This document shows, piece by piece, positions 8,051 to 17,896 of a stretch of DNA of 64,000 bases; the first letter of the stretch is position 1; each line of letters begins with the position of its first letter. This stretch comes from a virus (lineage: Duplodnaviria > Caudoviricetes): the IMG/VR virus record IMGVR_UViG_3300044825_002279, positions 345-64,344 of that record. One strand, given 5' to 3'. The translations under genes and the position numbers were made by a program. The notes below the pieces were generated by a model. The model was not told where the DNA came from and did not search any database. It saw only the letters and a program-made list of their open reading frames with translations.

Positions 8051-9529
8051 ATGGCGCTGGCGCTTCGGCCATACCAGGAGCGTCTGATCGCGGACGCCCG
8101 CGAGGCCTTCCGGGAGCACCGGCGCGTCATGCTCCAGGCCCCGACCGGCGCGGGCAAGACCCTGATCTTCGCCTGGCTGTCCCGATCGGTCGCCGAGCGT
8201 GGCCGGCGCGTCTGCATCCTGGCGCACCGGCGCGAGTTGGTCCGGCAGGCGAGCCAGAAGCTCGACGACATGGGCGTGTCCCACGCCGTGGTCGCGGCGG
8301 GCTCGCGAGCGGTCCATCGCGTGCCCGTCACGGTGGCATCGGTCCAGACCCTGGCGCGGCGGCTCGATCTCTACCGCGACGCGTTCGACCTCCTGGTCGT
8401 CGACGAGTGCCACCACGCCACCGCGGGCACCTGGGCGGCGGTCACCGCGGCCTACCCGAAGGCCCGCATCCTGGGCGTCACAGCCACCCCACAGCGCTTG
8501 GATTCGCGGGGCCTCGCGGACGCGTTCGACTGCCTGATCGTCGGCCCCTCGGTCCGGGACCTGATCGCCCAGGGTTTCCTCGCACCCTACCGCGCCTACG
8601 CGCCCGCCGACGGACCCCCGGACCTCTCGCGGGTCAAGCGGGTCGCCGGCGACTACGACAGCCACGCCCTGGCGGAGATCATGTCGGGCGGCAAGCTGGT
8701 CGGCTGTGCGGTCGAGCACTACCGCCGCCACGCCGACGGGCTCCCGGCCGTGGCGTTCTGCGTCACGGTCCAGCACGCCGAGGCCGTGGCCGAGCAGTTC
8801 CGCGCCGAGGGCTACCGGGCCGTGTCGGTCGACGGCTCGCTCCCGGACGATGAGCGCGACCGGCGCATCCGCGGGCTCGAGGACGGTTCGGTCCAGATCC
8901 TGACCTCATGTTCGCTTATCTCCGAGGGCCTCGACATCCCGGGCATCTCGGCCGCGATCCTGTTGCGCCCGACGCAGTCCCTGGGGCTGCATCTCCAGCA
9001 GGTCGGCCGCGCGCTCAGGCCCAAGCCGGACGGCTCGGCGGCCGTGATCCTCGATCATGCGGGCAACTGCTCGCGCCACGGGCTGCCGTGCCAGGACCGC
9101 ACCTGGACCCTGACGCAGAGCCGGCCGGCCAAGAAGCGCGACGCGCCCACGCCGATCCGGACCTGTCAGGAGTGCTACGCGATCGCACCCGCGGCAGCCA
9201 AGCACTGCCCGGCATGCGGGCTCGTGTTCGTGGCCGACGACGGCATCCCGGAGCACGCGGCCGGCGAGCTGGTCGAGATGCGGCCCTCCTGGTGGGCCCC
9301 GGACGGCAGGCCCGCGGTCGAACGCCGGCGGGCCGATATCGATCTGGCCGTGGCCCGGTGCCGAACCTGGGGCGACCTCAAGGATCTCGCGAAGGCGCTC
9401 GGGTTCAAGCCCGGCTGGTGCGCCAAGATCGCCCAGGCCAAGGGATGGAAGCCCACCAAGTTCCGGCCCGGCGGGTTCCCGGTCGAGTTCGCGCCCCGTG
9501 CCGCGGCACCGGTCGAGGCCGCGGCGTGA
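8051..9529 (+). CDS. SF2 DExH helicase with a C-terminal Zn finger
   Basis: LRPYQ, APTGAGKT, VVDECHH, TAT, EGLDIP, QQVGRALR and CxxC...CxxC. Confidence 0.92.
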   Translation: MALALRPYQERLIADAREAFREHRRVMLQAPTGAGKTLIFAWLSRSVAERGRRVCILAHRRELVRQASQKLDDMGVSHAVVAAGSRAVHRVPVTVASVQTLARRLDLYRDAFDLLVVDECHHATAGTWAAVTAAYPKARILGVTATPQRLDSRGLADAFDCLIVGPSVRDLIAQGFLAPYRAYAPADGPPDLSRVKRVAGDYDSHALAEIMSGGKLVGCAVEHYRRHADGLPAVAFCVTVQHAEAVAEQFRAEGYRAVSVDGSLPDDERDRRIRGLEDGSVQILTSCSLISEGLDIPGISAAILLRPTQSLGLHLQQVGRALRPKPDGSAAVILDHAGNCSRHGLPCQDRTWTLTQSRPAKKRDAPTPIRTCQECYAIAPAAAKHCPACGLVFVADDGIPEHAAGELVEMRPSWWAPDGRPAVERRRADIDLAVARCRTWGDLKDLAKALGFKPGWCAKIAQAKGWKPTKFRPGGFPVEFAPRAAAPVEAAA

Positions 9530-9927
9530 GCCCGGAACTCGATCCGGCCATGGGCACCGGCCCGGCCCCGTCGCCGGGTCACTGCGCCCACACGGACCTG
9601 GTGAACCGCACCATGCTGGCGCTCTCGGCCCGTGGCGTCATGTGCTGGCGGAATCCAACCGGCCGGACCCGCACCGCCTCCGGCAGCGTGTTCGGCTTCG
9701 GCCTGGTCGGCTCGGGCGACATCCTGGGCGTCATCCCGCCCAACGGCCGCGCGCTCGCCGTCGAGGTCAAAACCGGCCGCGGCCGCCAGACGCCAGCCCA
9801 GATCCGATTCCAGACGGCGTTCTCGAAACGCGGCGGCCTCTACGTGGTCGCCCGCTGCCCCGGCGATGCCATTCTGGCGATCGAGCACGCAATGGGTAGT
9901 GCCGCCGCCGTGGGTTGGCACGCATGA
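9526..9927 (+). CDS. VRR-NUC-like PD-(D/E)xK nuclease
   Basis: GSGDILG...AVEVKTGRGRQTPAQ..F motif. Confidence 0.8.
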   Translation: MSPELDPAMGTGPAPSPGHCAHTDLVNRTMLALSARGVMCWRNPTGRTRTASGSVFGFGLVGSGDILGVIPPNGRALAVEVKTGRGRQTPAQIRFQTAFSKRGGLYVVARCPGDAILAIEHAMGSAAAVGWHA

Positions 9928-11981
9928 TGGCGAGCCGCCCGCAGGACATGCTCTCGATCGAGCAGATCGCCCTGGCGCTGGGCGGGGCCAAGCGGCTCGG
10001 CTCCGGCGGTTGGTCCTGCCGCTGCCCCGCCCACGAGGACGGCCACGCGTCCCTGAGCCTGTCCGAGAAGGACGGCAAAACTTTATGGCGATGTCATGCG
10101 GGCTGTGATCAGACCGCGGTCCGCGACGCCCTGGTGCAGCGCGGACTCTGGCACGCCAGCGAGCCCGGCCGCGCGGGCACCCCGCACCGGCCGGCCCAGA
10201 AACCCAAGCCGGTCGCCGCCAAGAAGGCCGAGCCCACCCAGATCGGCAAGATCGTCGCGACCTACGACTATGTCGACGTGACCGGCGAGCTGCTGTTCCA
10301 GGTGGTCCGGTTCGATCCGAAGACCTTCCGGCAGAGACGCCCGAACGGCTCCGGGTGGGAGTGGGGCCTCGGCAAGGTCAAGCCGATCCCCTACCGGCTG
10401 CCGGACATCCGGGACGCCCACACGGTGTTCGTCGTCGAGGGCGAGCGCGACGTCGACAACCTCAAGGAGAAGCTCGGCGTCTGCGCCACGAGTAGCCCCA
10501 TGGGGGCCGGCAAGTGGCGCATGGAGTTCGGCGAGTACCTCGAGGGCAAGCACGTCGTGGTGCTGCCCGACAATGACGAGCCCGGCCGGGCCCACGCCGA
10601 GGCCGTGGCCGCGAGCGCCGCCCAATACGGCGCGCGCGCGATCCGGATCGTCAACCTCCCGAACCTGCCCGAGAAGGGCGACGTCTCCGACTGGCTCGCC
10701 GCCGGGGGTACGCTCGAGGACCTCCGGGCCCTGGTGCGCGAAACTTCGCTCTACGGCCGGCCATCCCCCACGGGCTCGGGCGGCGACACGGCCTGGCGCG
10801 CGCGCCTGATCCAGGGCGACCACGGCCCGCTCGGCAACGAGGCCAACGTCGCGATCGCGCTCAACCACGCGCCCGAGCTGGTCGGCCGCATCCGGTTCGA
10901 TGCGTTCCGGACCGCGGTGCAGATGCGCGAGATGCCCTGGGACGCCCGGCCCGAGTGGCGGGACTGGACCGACGACGACGACGTGCACCTGGCGTGCTGG
11001 ATCCAGGAGGCGGGGATCAACTACCCGAGCCACCGGCTGCCGGGCGTCGTCGGTGCCATGGCGGCCAAGATCCAGCATCACCCGGTCCGGGACTATCTCG
11101 ACGGCCTGAAATGGGACGGCGAGCGCCGGCTCGAGACATGGCCGTTCACCTATCTCGGTGCCGCCTACGATGCCGGGAAGGACGCGGCCCTGATCTCGGC
11201 CTTCGGGGCCAAGTGGATGATCTCCGCGGTCGCGCGCGTGTTCCGGCCCGGCTGCAAGGCCGACTGCGCCCTGATCCTCGAAGGCGTCCAGGGGGCCGGC
11301 AAGAGCACCAGCGTCCGGGTCCTGTGCGGGCCCGACTGGTACGCCGACCAGCTCTCGGACATCGGGAACAAGGATGCGTGCCAGGACCTGCGGGGCAAGT
11401 GGGTGATCGAGCTCGCGGAGCTCAAGAACGTCCGGGGTGCCGAGGTCGAGAAGGTCAAGGGCTTCATGTCCCGGGCGGTCGACCACTACCGGCCCAGCTA
11501 CGCCCGCCGCACGGTCGACATCCCGCGCCAGTGCGTCTTCATCGGCAGCACCAACGAGGACGCCTATCTCCACGACACCACGGGCAATCGCCGGTTCTGG
11601 CCGATCAAGGTGGGCCAGATCGAGATCAAGGCGCTGACCCGCGACCGCGACCAGCTCTGGGCCGAGGCGGTGCACCGGTACCGCGAGGGCGACAACTGGT
11701 GGTTGCCGCGCGAGCTCGAGGACAAGGCCGAGAAGGCCCAGGCGGACCGGCTGGAGTACGACACCTGGGCGGCGTTCGTGGAGCCGTGGTTAAGTTCAAA
11801 GTCAGAAGTCACCACCCGCGAACTAATCGTCGAGTGCATCGGCAAAGAAAAAAAGGACATCACGCGGAGTGACGAGACCAGAGCCGCCTACGTGCTGCGC
11901 TCGCTCGGGTTCCGCTCCACCGACACGCGCCACCCAATCTGGGGTTGCCGCGTCTATAAGAGGGTTGACCGCCTTGCGTGA
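9924..11981 (+). CDS. Primase-helicase (Zn finger + TOPRIM + VirE/VapE ATPase)
   Basis: CPAHED...CHAGC, VVEGERD, PDND and EGVQGAGKST...GSTN...TGNRRF. Confidence 0.9.
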   Translation: MMASRPQDMLSIEQIALALGGAKRLGSGGWSCRCPAHEDGHASLSLSEKDGKTLWRCHAGCDQTAVRDALVQRGLWHASEPGRAGTPHRPAQKPKPVAAKKAEPTQIGKIVATYDYVDVTGELLFQVVRFDPKTFRQRRPNGSGWEWGLGKVKPIPYRLPDIRDAHTVFVVEGERDVDNLKEKLGVCATSSPMGAGKWRMEFGEYLEGKHVVVLPDNDEPGRAHAEAVAASAAQYGARAIRIVNLPNLPEKGDVSDWLAAGGTLEDLRALVRETSLYGRPSPTGSGGDTAWRARLIQGDHGPLGNEANVAIALNHAPELVGRIRFDAFRTAVQMREMPWDARPEWRDWTDDDDVHLACWIQEAGINYPSHRLPGVVGAMAAKIQHHPVRDYLDGLKWDGERRLETWPFTYLGAAYDAGKDAALISAFGAKWMISAVARVFRPGCKADCALILEGVQGAGKSTSVRVLCGPDWYADQLSDIGNKDACQDLRGKWVIELAELKNVRGAEVEKVKGFMSRAVDHYRPSYARRTVDIPRQCVFIGSTNEDAYLHDTTGNRRFWPIKVGQIEIKALTRDRDQLWAEAVHRYREGDNWWLPRELEDKAEKAQADRLEYDTWAAFVEPWLSSKSEVTTRELIVECIGKEKKDITRSDETRAAYVLRSLGFRSTDTRHPIWGCRVYKRVDRLA

Positions 11982-12030
11982 CCTATGCGAGCGTGCCCAT
12001 TCGTTCGGCGCAATGCCGGGCGCGGCTGGT

Positions 12031-12339
12031 TCCCCAACCTTTCGGAAACGGCCCCAACCTTCCCCAACCTTTTTCCCAACCTTTATGGTTTGGAATCAAA
12101 GGCTTCACCAACCTCCCCAACCTTTTCCTCGCGCGCACGTATATGGCGCTGTGTCTGACCGATCCATGGTCAGGTCATCACCTCATCATGTCATCATACC
12201 AGTTCGGGTGATCGGTGCGCCGCACCACAGAGATTCCGCCAAAAAGGTTGGGGAGGTTGGTGAACCTATTGATTTTAAACGAAATAGGTTGGGGAAAGGT
12301 TGGGGAAAGGTTGGGGTCGGTAGACAGAGGTTGGGGGAA
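12031..12339. repeat. Putative replication origin: six CCAACCT-core iterons facing six inverted copies
   Basis: (T)CCCCAACCT-like at 12031, 12051, 12061, 12074, 12107, 12114; AGGTTGG at 12245, 12254, 12286, 12297, 12308, 12328; lower GC; directly after the primase-helicase. Confidence 0.75.
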
Positions 12340-12416
12340 GTACGGGACGCGGAGCGCGGGTTGAACCCGCGGTCGCATAGGGCTGGGAAGCCAGCAATCG
12401 CGCGGGTTTCCGCCCC

Positions 12417-12614
12417 ATGACCGCCTACCTCGTCGAGTACCGCCGCCCCGCCGGCCCGTCCTGGTGGGCCAGCTCCGAGGGCGTGACCCTGGAGCCCAGG
12501 GCAGCCGCGAGAATGTCCCACGCCGAGGCGCTCGATCATGTCCGGCGGACCCTGGCGGCCTATCCGGCCGAGGGGCTCAAGGCGCGGGTGGCACTGGCTC
12601 GGAGGGTGGCATGA
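12417..12614 (+). CDS. Hypothetical protein
   Basis: 65 aa, coupled to the next ORF. Confidence 0.55.
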   Translation: MTAYLVEYRRPAGPSWWASSEGVTLEPRAAARMSHAEALDHVRRTLAAYPAEGLKARVALARRVA

Positions 12615-13108
12615 GCCGGACCAAGTCCTCGGCGGCCGCGGCACCCCACCTGCCCTCGGACGACAGCGCCATCCTGGCCGCGGCCGACATGCGGCTCGAG
12701 AACGCCCGGCTCTCGCTCCGGGCCGCCGTCGAGGCCTTGGAGCTCGAGCCCACCTCGGACTGGGCGGAGAACCGGGTCGCGGCCGCCGCCAGGTCGTTCC
12801 GGCTCGAGGCCGTGGCGGGACAGCGGCGCGAGCTCCAGCGGCTCAGGGCCGAGCTGGCGGGTGCGGTGCGGGTACCGGACGCTGGGCGAGGGCTGTTCCT
12901 GGGCCTCTGTCGGGACCGGGACGGCAGCCTACAGGTCGAGCCCTATCCGCCGCAGCTCCGGGACCCGGTGGCCGGCGGCATCGTCCACGCGGCCGACAGC
13001 CCGCTCCACAAGCTCGCGCAGTCCAGCGGTGCCGCCAGTAGCCCCCGCATCGTCATGGGCGACACCCGCCCCGTCGACCCCACGATAGCCGCAGGAGACC
13101 CGGCTTGA
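12611..13108 (+). CDS. Hypothetical protein
   Basis: GGAGG RBS, ATGA overlap. Confidence 0.65.
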   Translation: MSRTKSSAAAAPHLPSDDSAILAAADMRLENARLSLRAAVEALELEPTSDWAENRVAAAARSFRLEAVAGQRRELQRLRAELAGAVRVPDAGRGLFLGLCRDRDGSLQVEPYPPQLRDPVAGGIVHAADSPLHKLAQSSGAASSPRIVMGDTRPVDPTIAAGDPA

Positions 13109-13545
13109 CCCACCCCGTGGATCGCATCCGCGCGGCGCTGCCGCCCGAGTACGTGGACCACTACCGCGGGGAGCCGTGGCAGGTGTCCTGGCCGAAGGTC
13201 GCCGCCGCCCTTGTGGCCCTCGCTCTCGTGGCGGCCGTGTGCTCCGCGATGGCCCAGGCGCAGGACATCAACCGCCCGGCCGAGCCCTTCCCGCCGACCT
13301 GCTTCCCGCTCGCCGACGTCGCGAAATCGCTCGCGGACAAGTACGGCGAGGAGCCCGTCGTCCAGGCGCTCAACGGCAACGGTGGCCTGGTGCAGATCTG
13401 GGCCAGCGAGGGCGGCGCCACCTGGACGCAGATCCTGGTCTCGCCCGGCGGCATGGCCTGCATCGTCGGCGCCGGCGAATCGATCGAGGTCCGCAAGTTC
13501 GGCGGGCCAGGCGAAGGCGGGGCGGGCGGAGGAACCCCGTCATGA
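13105..13545 (+). CDS. Hypothetical membrane/exported protein
   Basis: AGGAG RBS, TM segment, C...YGE.P...W...C pattern. Confidence 0.65.
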   Translation: MTHPVDRIRAALPPEYVDHYRGEPWQVSWPKVAAALVALALVAAVCSAMAQAQDINRPAEPFPPTCFPLADVAKSLADKYGEEPVVQALNGNGGLVQIWASEGGATWTQILVSPGGMACIVGAGESIEVRKFGGPGEGGAGGGTPS

Positions 13546-13727
13546 CCGCCCTGGTCCTGCTCTTCCTCGCCTGCTCGCCCACCGGCTGCCGCGAGGTCGC
13601 CCTCCCGTGGGACGGTGGATTGCAGGCCTGCATGATCCACGGCCAGCAGCTCGTCGCCGCCTACGCGACCGAGCGCGGCCTCACGGTGCCGCGTGGGTAC
13701 CGGTGCACCACGGGTCGCGAGGCGTGA
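13542..13727 (+). CDS. Small Cys-containing exported protein
   Basis: MTALVLLFLACSPTGC...C...C; GGAGG RBS. Confidence 0.6.
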   Translation: MTALVLLFLACSPTGCREVALPWDGGLQACMIHGQQLVAAYATERGLTVPRGYRCTTGREA

Positions 13728-14086
13728 CCACCCGGCTCGCCCGCGACGTGGCCCTGATCGAGCGCCTGTACTTCGACCAGGGCTGGGAACCCGTCGCGAT
13801 CGCGGCCCAGATGCACCGTGACGCCGGCTGGGTCGGCTCCGTGGTGGACCAGCTCCGCCGTGAACCCCAGGGGGGGGCACGCGAGCGGCGCCGCGACGTC
13901 CGGCTGAACCACTCGACCCGCCAGGAGCGGGCCCGCGAGGCATCCCTGCAGCTCGCCGAGATCCGCCGCCAGATCGCGGCGCTGAACCGCGAGGCCCAGC
14001 GGCTCGAGCTGATCTGCGTCACCGCCCGACCCGCACCCGTCCCTCAGCGCAGGACCCAGCCCGATGCCCGAACTGCTGCCGCTTGA
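13724..14086 (+). CDS. HTH + coiled-coil protein, possible late regulator
   Basis: LYFDQGWEPVAIAAQMHRDAGWVGSVV HTH-like segment. Confidence 0.55.
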   Translation: MTTRLARDVALIERLYFDQGWEPVAIAAQMHRDAGWVGSVVDQLRREPQGGARERRRDVRLNHSTRQERAREASLQLAEIRRQIAALNREAQRLELICVTARPAPVPQRRTQPDARTAAA

Positions 14087-14852
14087 CCTGATCCGCCTCG
14101 ACGGCGGAACCCAGACGCGATCGATCACCGACGCCGACACGGTCCACAGCTACGCGGTCGAGATGCAGCGCGGGGACCGGTTCCCGCCCGTCGTGGTGTT
14201 CTTCGACGGCCAGACCCACTGGCTCGCCTCGGGGTTCCACCGGTACTACGCGGCCGAATCCGCATCCCTGGGGCGCATCCTGGCCGACGTCCGGCAGGGC
14301 ACCCAGCGCGACGCGGTCCTGTTCAGCGTCGGCGAGAATGCCGACCACGGGCTGCGGCGGACCAACGAGGACAAGCGCCGCGCGGTCCGCAAGCTGATCG
14401 AGGATCCCGAGTGGTCGCAGTGGAGCGACCGCCGCATCGCCGAGGCCGCGCGGGTCCACCACGACATGGTCTCGGACATGCGCGCCGAGCTGTCGCCAAC
14501 GGCACCGGGCCTGCCCCGGATGCGCACCGTGGAGCGCGGCGGGAACACGTACCAGATCGACACCGCGAACATCGGGCGGACGGCCCCGGCGCAGCCCAGC
14601 CCGGAACCGGCGAATGCGCCCGGTGCCACCCCGAGCCGCCCGGCCGGCATCCGGGAGCCCGAGCGGCCGAACCGGGCGGCCATCACGGTCCAGGCCCTCC
14701 AGGGGATCGAGCGCGCCTGGGGCACGCTCCCGGACCCGTTCGTGGCGGCACTCGACCACCCGGGGTTCGGGATCGAGCAGGCCGAGCGCATCGCCGGGTG
14801 GTTCGACAAGCTCGCCCAGGCGCTCCGGCAGCGGATCGAGCGGGCGGGATAG
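14064..14852 (+). CDS. ParB/Srx-like N-terminal domain + HTH protein
   Basis: FPPVVVFFDG...WLASGFHRY and WSDRRIAEAARV. Confidence 0.75.
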   Translation: MPELLPLDLIRLDGGTQTRSITDADTVHSYAVEMQRGDRFPPVVVFFDGQTHWLASGFHRYYAAESASLGRILADVRQGTQRDAVLFSVGENADHGLRRTNEDKRRAVRKLIEDPEWSQWSDRRIAEAARVHHDMVSDMRAELSPTAPGLPRMRTVERGGNTYQIDTANIGRTAPAQPSPEPANAPGATPSRPAGIREPERPNRAAITVQALQGIERAWGTLPDPFVAALDHPGFGIEQAERIAGWFDKLAQALRQRIERAG

Positions 14853-14873
14853 GCCCAGGAGGACGACGCGGCC

Positions 14874-15179
14874 ATGACCCAGGATCACCTCGCCGACCCG
14901 CCACCGTGCGCGATCCGCCAGCGCGTGATAGAACGCTGGCTCAGCGCCGCCCGGCCGGGCGACCAGATGGTCTACCACCGGGGCGAGCTCTACCGGGACA
15001 AGCTCCGGGACCCGGACCTCGCGGCCGCGGCGCAGAGGATGCTGGAGCTGAGCACGGGCCGGTTTGCGATCATCTCGAAATGCGGCCACGAAAGGGGCCT
15101 GCTGGTCGGATCGCGGACCGTGGAACTCGTGACCCGTCGGGAGCGGGGTGAGCTGGTCTACATGGCCCGCCGCCTGTAG
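14874..15179 (+). CDS. Hypothetical phage protein
   Basis: AGGAGG RBS; PGD..VYHRG motif. Confidence 0.7.
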   Translation: MTQDHLADPPPCAIRQRVIERWLSAARPGDQMVYHRGELYRDKLRDPDLAAAAQRMLELSTGRFAIISKCGHERGLLVGSRTVELVTRRERGELVYMARRL

Positions 15180-15191
15180 GAGCGCGCCCAG

Positions 15192-15587
15192 ATGATGACC
15201 CCCGCCGACCTCCTCCAGTGCCCGGCTTGCACCGCGGTCTCGCCCGGCTCGTGCTGGGACCTCGACCCGCCCGTGACCGGCGAGAGCCCGCGCCACAGCC
15301 CGGCCGACTGGGTGCTCAAGTGCCCGAGCTGCGGGGCCACGCCGATCGTGGTCATGACCGCGCCGCCGGTGCCGGTGCCAGAGCCGAAGCCGCCGGTGCG
15401 GCCCAGGCCGAAACCCAGGGCCAAGCCCAGGGCCAAGCCCAAGCCGGCGCCCAAGCCCCGCCAGGAGCCCGCCAAGCCGCCTCGCAAGCGGGCCGAGCAG
15501 CAGCAGCGCCCAAGGAACCAGCGCCCGGCCCAGGAGCGGCCCGCAGCGCCCCGCAACACCCGCCCCGCTCGCCGCCCCAGGCCGTGA
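15192..15587 (+). CDS. Zn-ribbon protein with a Pro/Lys/Arg-rich tail
   Basis: CPAC...CPSCG followed by PKPRAKPRAKPKP repeats. Confidence 0.6.
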   Translation: MMTPADLLQCPACTAVSPGSCWDLDPPVTGESPRHSPADWVLKCPSCGATPIVVMTAPPVPVPEPKPPVRPRPKPRAKPRAKPKPAPKPRQEPAKPPRKRAEQQQRPRNQRPAQERPAAPRNTRPARRPRP

Positions 15588-15635
15588 CAAACCCCACAGA
15601 CAGCCGCCCGGACCCCGCCTAGTGTGTCCGCCACC

Positions 15636-15953
15636 ATGACCCGCCTCGCCCTCGTCCTGCCCGTCCTGCTCGCCGCCTGTGCCCAGGCCGACAAGCCCGC
15701 GCTCTCGGACTTCACCCCCGAGGCCGACGGCCGCTGGCGGTTCATCGCCCAGTCGACGGGCACCAGCTACCCGCCGGACAGCGCCTCGGCCGAACAGACC
15801 CGCCTCTTGTGGCTCCAGGAGGACGTGATCGCCAACCGGGCCTGCCCGCCGAACGGGGCCTATCGGGTCACGCGCCGGACAGTGCTCCAGGAGGGGCAGA
15901 CCTATATCGGGATCGGGCTGTATCGGATCGTGTACGACGTGGAGTGCCAGTAG
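15636..15953 (+). CDS. Lipoprotein
   Basis: Signal peptide with LAAC lipobox. Confidence 0.7.
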   Translation: MTRLALVLPVLLAACAQADKPALSDFTPEADGRWRFIAQSTGTSYPPDSASAEQTRLLWLQEDVIANRACPPNGAYRVTRRTVLQEGQTYIGIGLYRIVYDVECQ

Positions 15954-16064
15954 CGCGGCACCCCGGCGCGGTACGGTTCTGGACTTCGGGGCCGGTCAGT
16001 AATCGGCTGATTTCTGACCCCGCCGGGCTATCGGGGCTCAGGACCCGCAACAGCCCCGAGCCCC

Positions 16065-17444
16065 ATGTCGCCCGCCCAGCAGAACCCAACGACATGGCCG
16101 GCCGACAAGGTCGAGCGGCGGCCGCTCTCCAGTCTGATCCCCTACGCCCGGAACGCCCGCACCCACAGCGAGGCACAGGTGGCACAAATAGCCGCCAGCA
16201 TGCGCGAGTGGGGCTGGACCAACCCGGTGCTGGTCGACGAGCATGGCGGGGTTATCGCCGGGCACGGCCGGATTCTGGCGGCTCGCCAGCTGGGCATCAC
16301 CGAGGTCCCGGTCATGGTCGCCCGAGGCTGGTCCGAGGGGCAAAAGCGCGCCTACGTCCTGGCGGATAACAAGCTGGCCCTGAACGCCGGCTGGGACGAG
16401 GATCTGCTCAAGGTCGAACTCGCCGACCTGAGCGAACTCGGGATGGACCTCGAACTCATCGGCTTCTCCGGCGACGAGCTGGCCGCGCTCATGGCCGAGA
16501 CGACCGAGGGCCTGACAGACCCCGACGCCGTTCCCGATGTGCCGACCGAGCCCGTGAGCGTCCTGGGCGACGTGTGGGTGCTCGGGCGCCACCGGCTGGC
16601 GTGCGGCGACAGTACGACGGTGGAGGCGGTCGACAAGGCGCTGAACGGCGTCAAGCCGCACCTGATGGTGACCGACCCGCCGTATGGGGTGAAGTACGAC
16701 CCGAACTGGCGCAACGAGGCGGACAGGGCCAACGGCAAAGCCTACCGCGCGAGCGCCGTAGGCAACGTGAGCAACGACGACCGCGCCGACTGGTCGGAGG
16801 CGTGGGCTCTGTTCCCCGGCGACGTGGCCTATGTGTGGCACGCGCCCGGCGGCAACAGCGTAGTCGTCGGCGAGAGCCTCAAGACTGCGGGCTTTGAACT
16901 GCGGATGCAGATCATCTGGGCGAAGTCTCGCCTTGTGATCGGTCGCGGCCATTACCATTGCCAGCACGAGCCTTGCTGGTACGCGGTCAAGAAAGGCGGC
17001 ACCGGCCATTGGTCTGGGAGCCGACAGCAGACAACGCTGTGGTCGATTGAGCACCGCAAATCCGAGACCGGCCACGGCACCCAGAAGCCGGTCGAGTGCA
17101 TGATGCGCCCGATCGACAACAACAGCAGCTTCGGCCAGGCGGTCTACGAGCCGTTCTCGGGCTCGGGCACGACCATCATCGCCGCCGAGATGACCGGCCG
17201 CTGCTGCCACGCCATCGAGCTTGACCCGGCCTATGTCGACGTTGCCGTGCGCCGCTGGCAGGAGTTCTGCGGCAAGGTCGCAACCCATGCCGACACCGGC
17301 CTCACCTTCGCCGAGATGGCATCAGATCGAGGTGTGGTACTGCCCGCTGGATCGGTGGCTGGTGGCCCTCACGGACGGGTGGACCCTGCCGTGGGTAGCG
17401 AGCCCGATGCTGGGGCATCACGGTCAGTACTCAGTGCTGCTTGA
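16065..17444 (+). CDS. ParB-N domain fused to an amino (N6A/N4C) DNA methyltransferase
   Basis: PYARNARTHS...IAGHGR; TDPPY; HGTQKPV; EPFSGSGTT. Confidence 0.9.
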   Translation: MSPAQQNPTTWPADKVERRPLSSLIPYARNARTHSEAQVAQIAASMREWGWTNPVLVDEHGGVIAGHGRILAARQLGITEVPVMVARGWSEGQKRAYVLADNKLALNAGWDEDLLKVELADLSELGMDLELIGFSGDELAALMAETTEGLTDPDAVPDVPTEPVSVLGDVWVLGRHRLACGDSTTVEAVDKALNGVKPHLMVTDPPYGVKYDPNWRNEADRANGKAYRASAVGNVSNDDRADWSEAWALFPGDVAYVWHAPGGNSVVVGESLKTAGFELRMQIIWAKSRLVIGRGHYHCQHEPCWYAVKKGGTGHWSGSRQQTTLWSIEHRKSETGHGTQKPVECMMRPIDNNSSFGQAVYEPFSGSGTTIIAAEMTGRCCHAIELDPAYVDVAVRRWQEFCGKVATHADTGLTFAEMASDRGVVLPAGSVAGGPHGRVDPAVGSEPDAGASRSVLSAA

Positions 17445-17478
17445 GTGGGAATCGGAAATACAAAATGGACCCCGGTGA
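17332..17478 (+). CDS. Small overlapping ORF, paralog of 25991-26113
   Basis: YCPLDRWLVALTDGWTLPWV...GQYSVLLEW aligns with YVPVESWLLALADGWRLPLV...GHSVLMW. Confidence 0.4.
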   Translation: MWYCPLDRWLVALTDGWTLPWVASPMLGHHGQYSVLLEWESEIQNGPR

Positions 17479-17893
17479 AGATCGCCCGCCGCTGACTTCC
17501 GGCAAGGTCTACGTCCCGACCGAGAAGGACAGGCGCATCGTCGAGATGATGATCGCGGGCGGCATCACGCAAGAGGGCGTGGCCCGAGCCCTCGGCATCT
17601 GTGTCGACACCCTGGTGAAGAACTATCGGCCAGAGATCGACGGGGCGGTCGACAAGGCCAACGCCCAGGTGGCGGGCTCGCTGTTCAGAAAAGCGGTGAG
17701 CGACAATCACCCCAACGGGGTCACGGCCGCGATCTTCTGGCTCAAGACCAGGGCCAAGTGGCGCGAGACCAGCAGCGTGGAAGTAACCGGCGCCGACGGC
17801 GCACCTCTCGGCATGGTCCTCGGTGCCGCCGAGGTGGCTGCACTGCCCGACGAGAAGCTCGAGGATGCGTTTCGCACGCTGTCGTCCGGCTGA
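17441..17893 (+). CDS. terS: Terminase small subunit-like HTH protein
   Basis: HTH plus TAAIFWLKTRAKWRE...EVTGADG; directly upstream of TerL; alternative start at 17465. Confidence 0.75.
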   Translation: MSGNRKYKMDPGEDRPPLTSGKVYVPTEKDRRIVEMMIAGGITQEGVARALGICVDTLVKNYRPEIDGAVDKANAQVAGSLFRKAVSDNHPNGVTAAIFWLKTRAKWRETSSVEVTGADGAPLGMVLGAAEVAALPDEKLEDAFRTLSSG

Positions 17894-17896
17894 GCC

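Noticed and set aside
12031-12339. CRISPR array
   Set aside because: Repeats are only 7-10 bp, irregularly spaced and inverted; no cas genes
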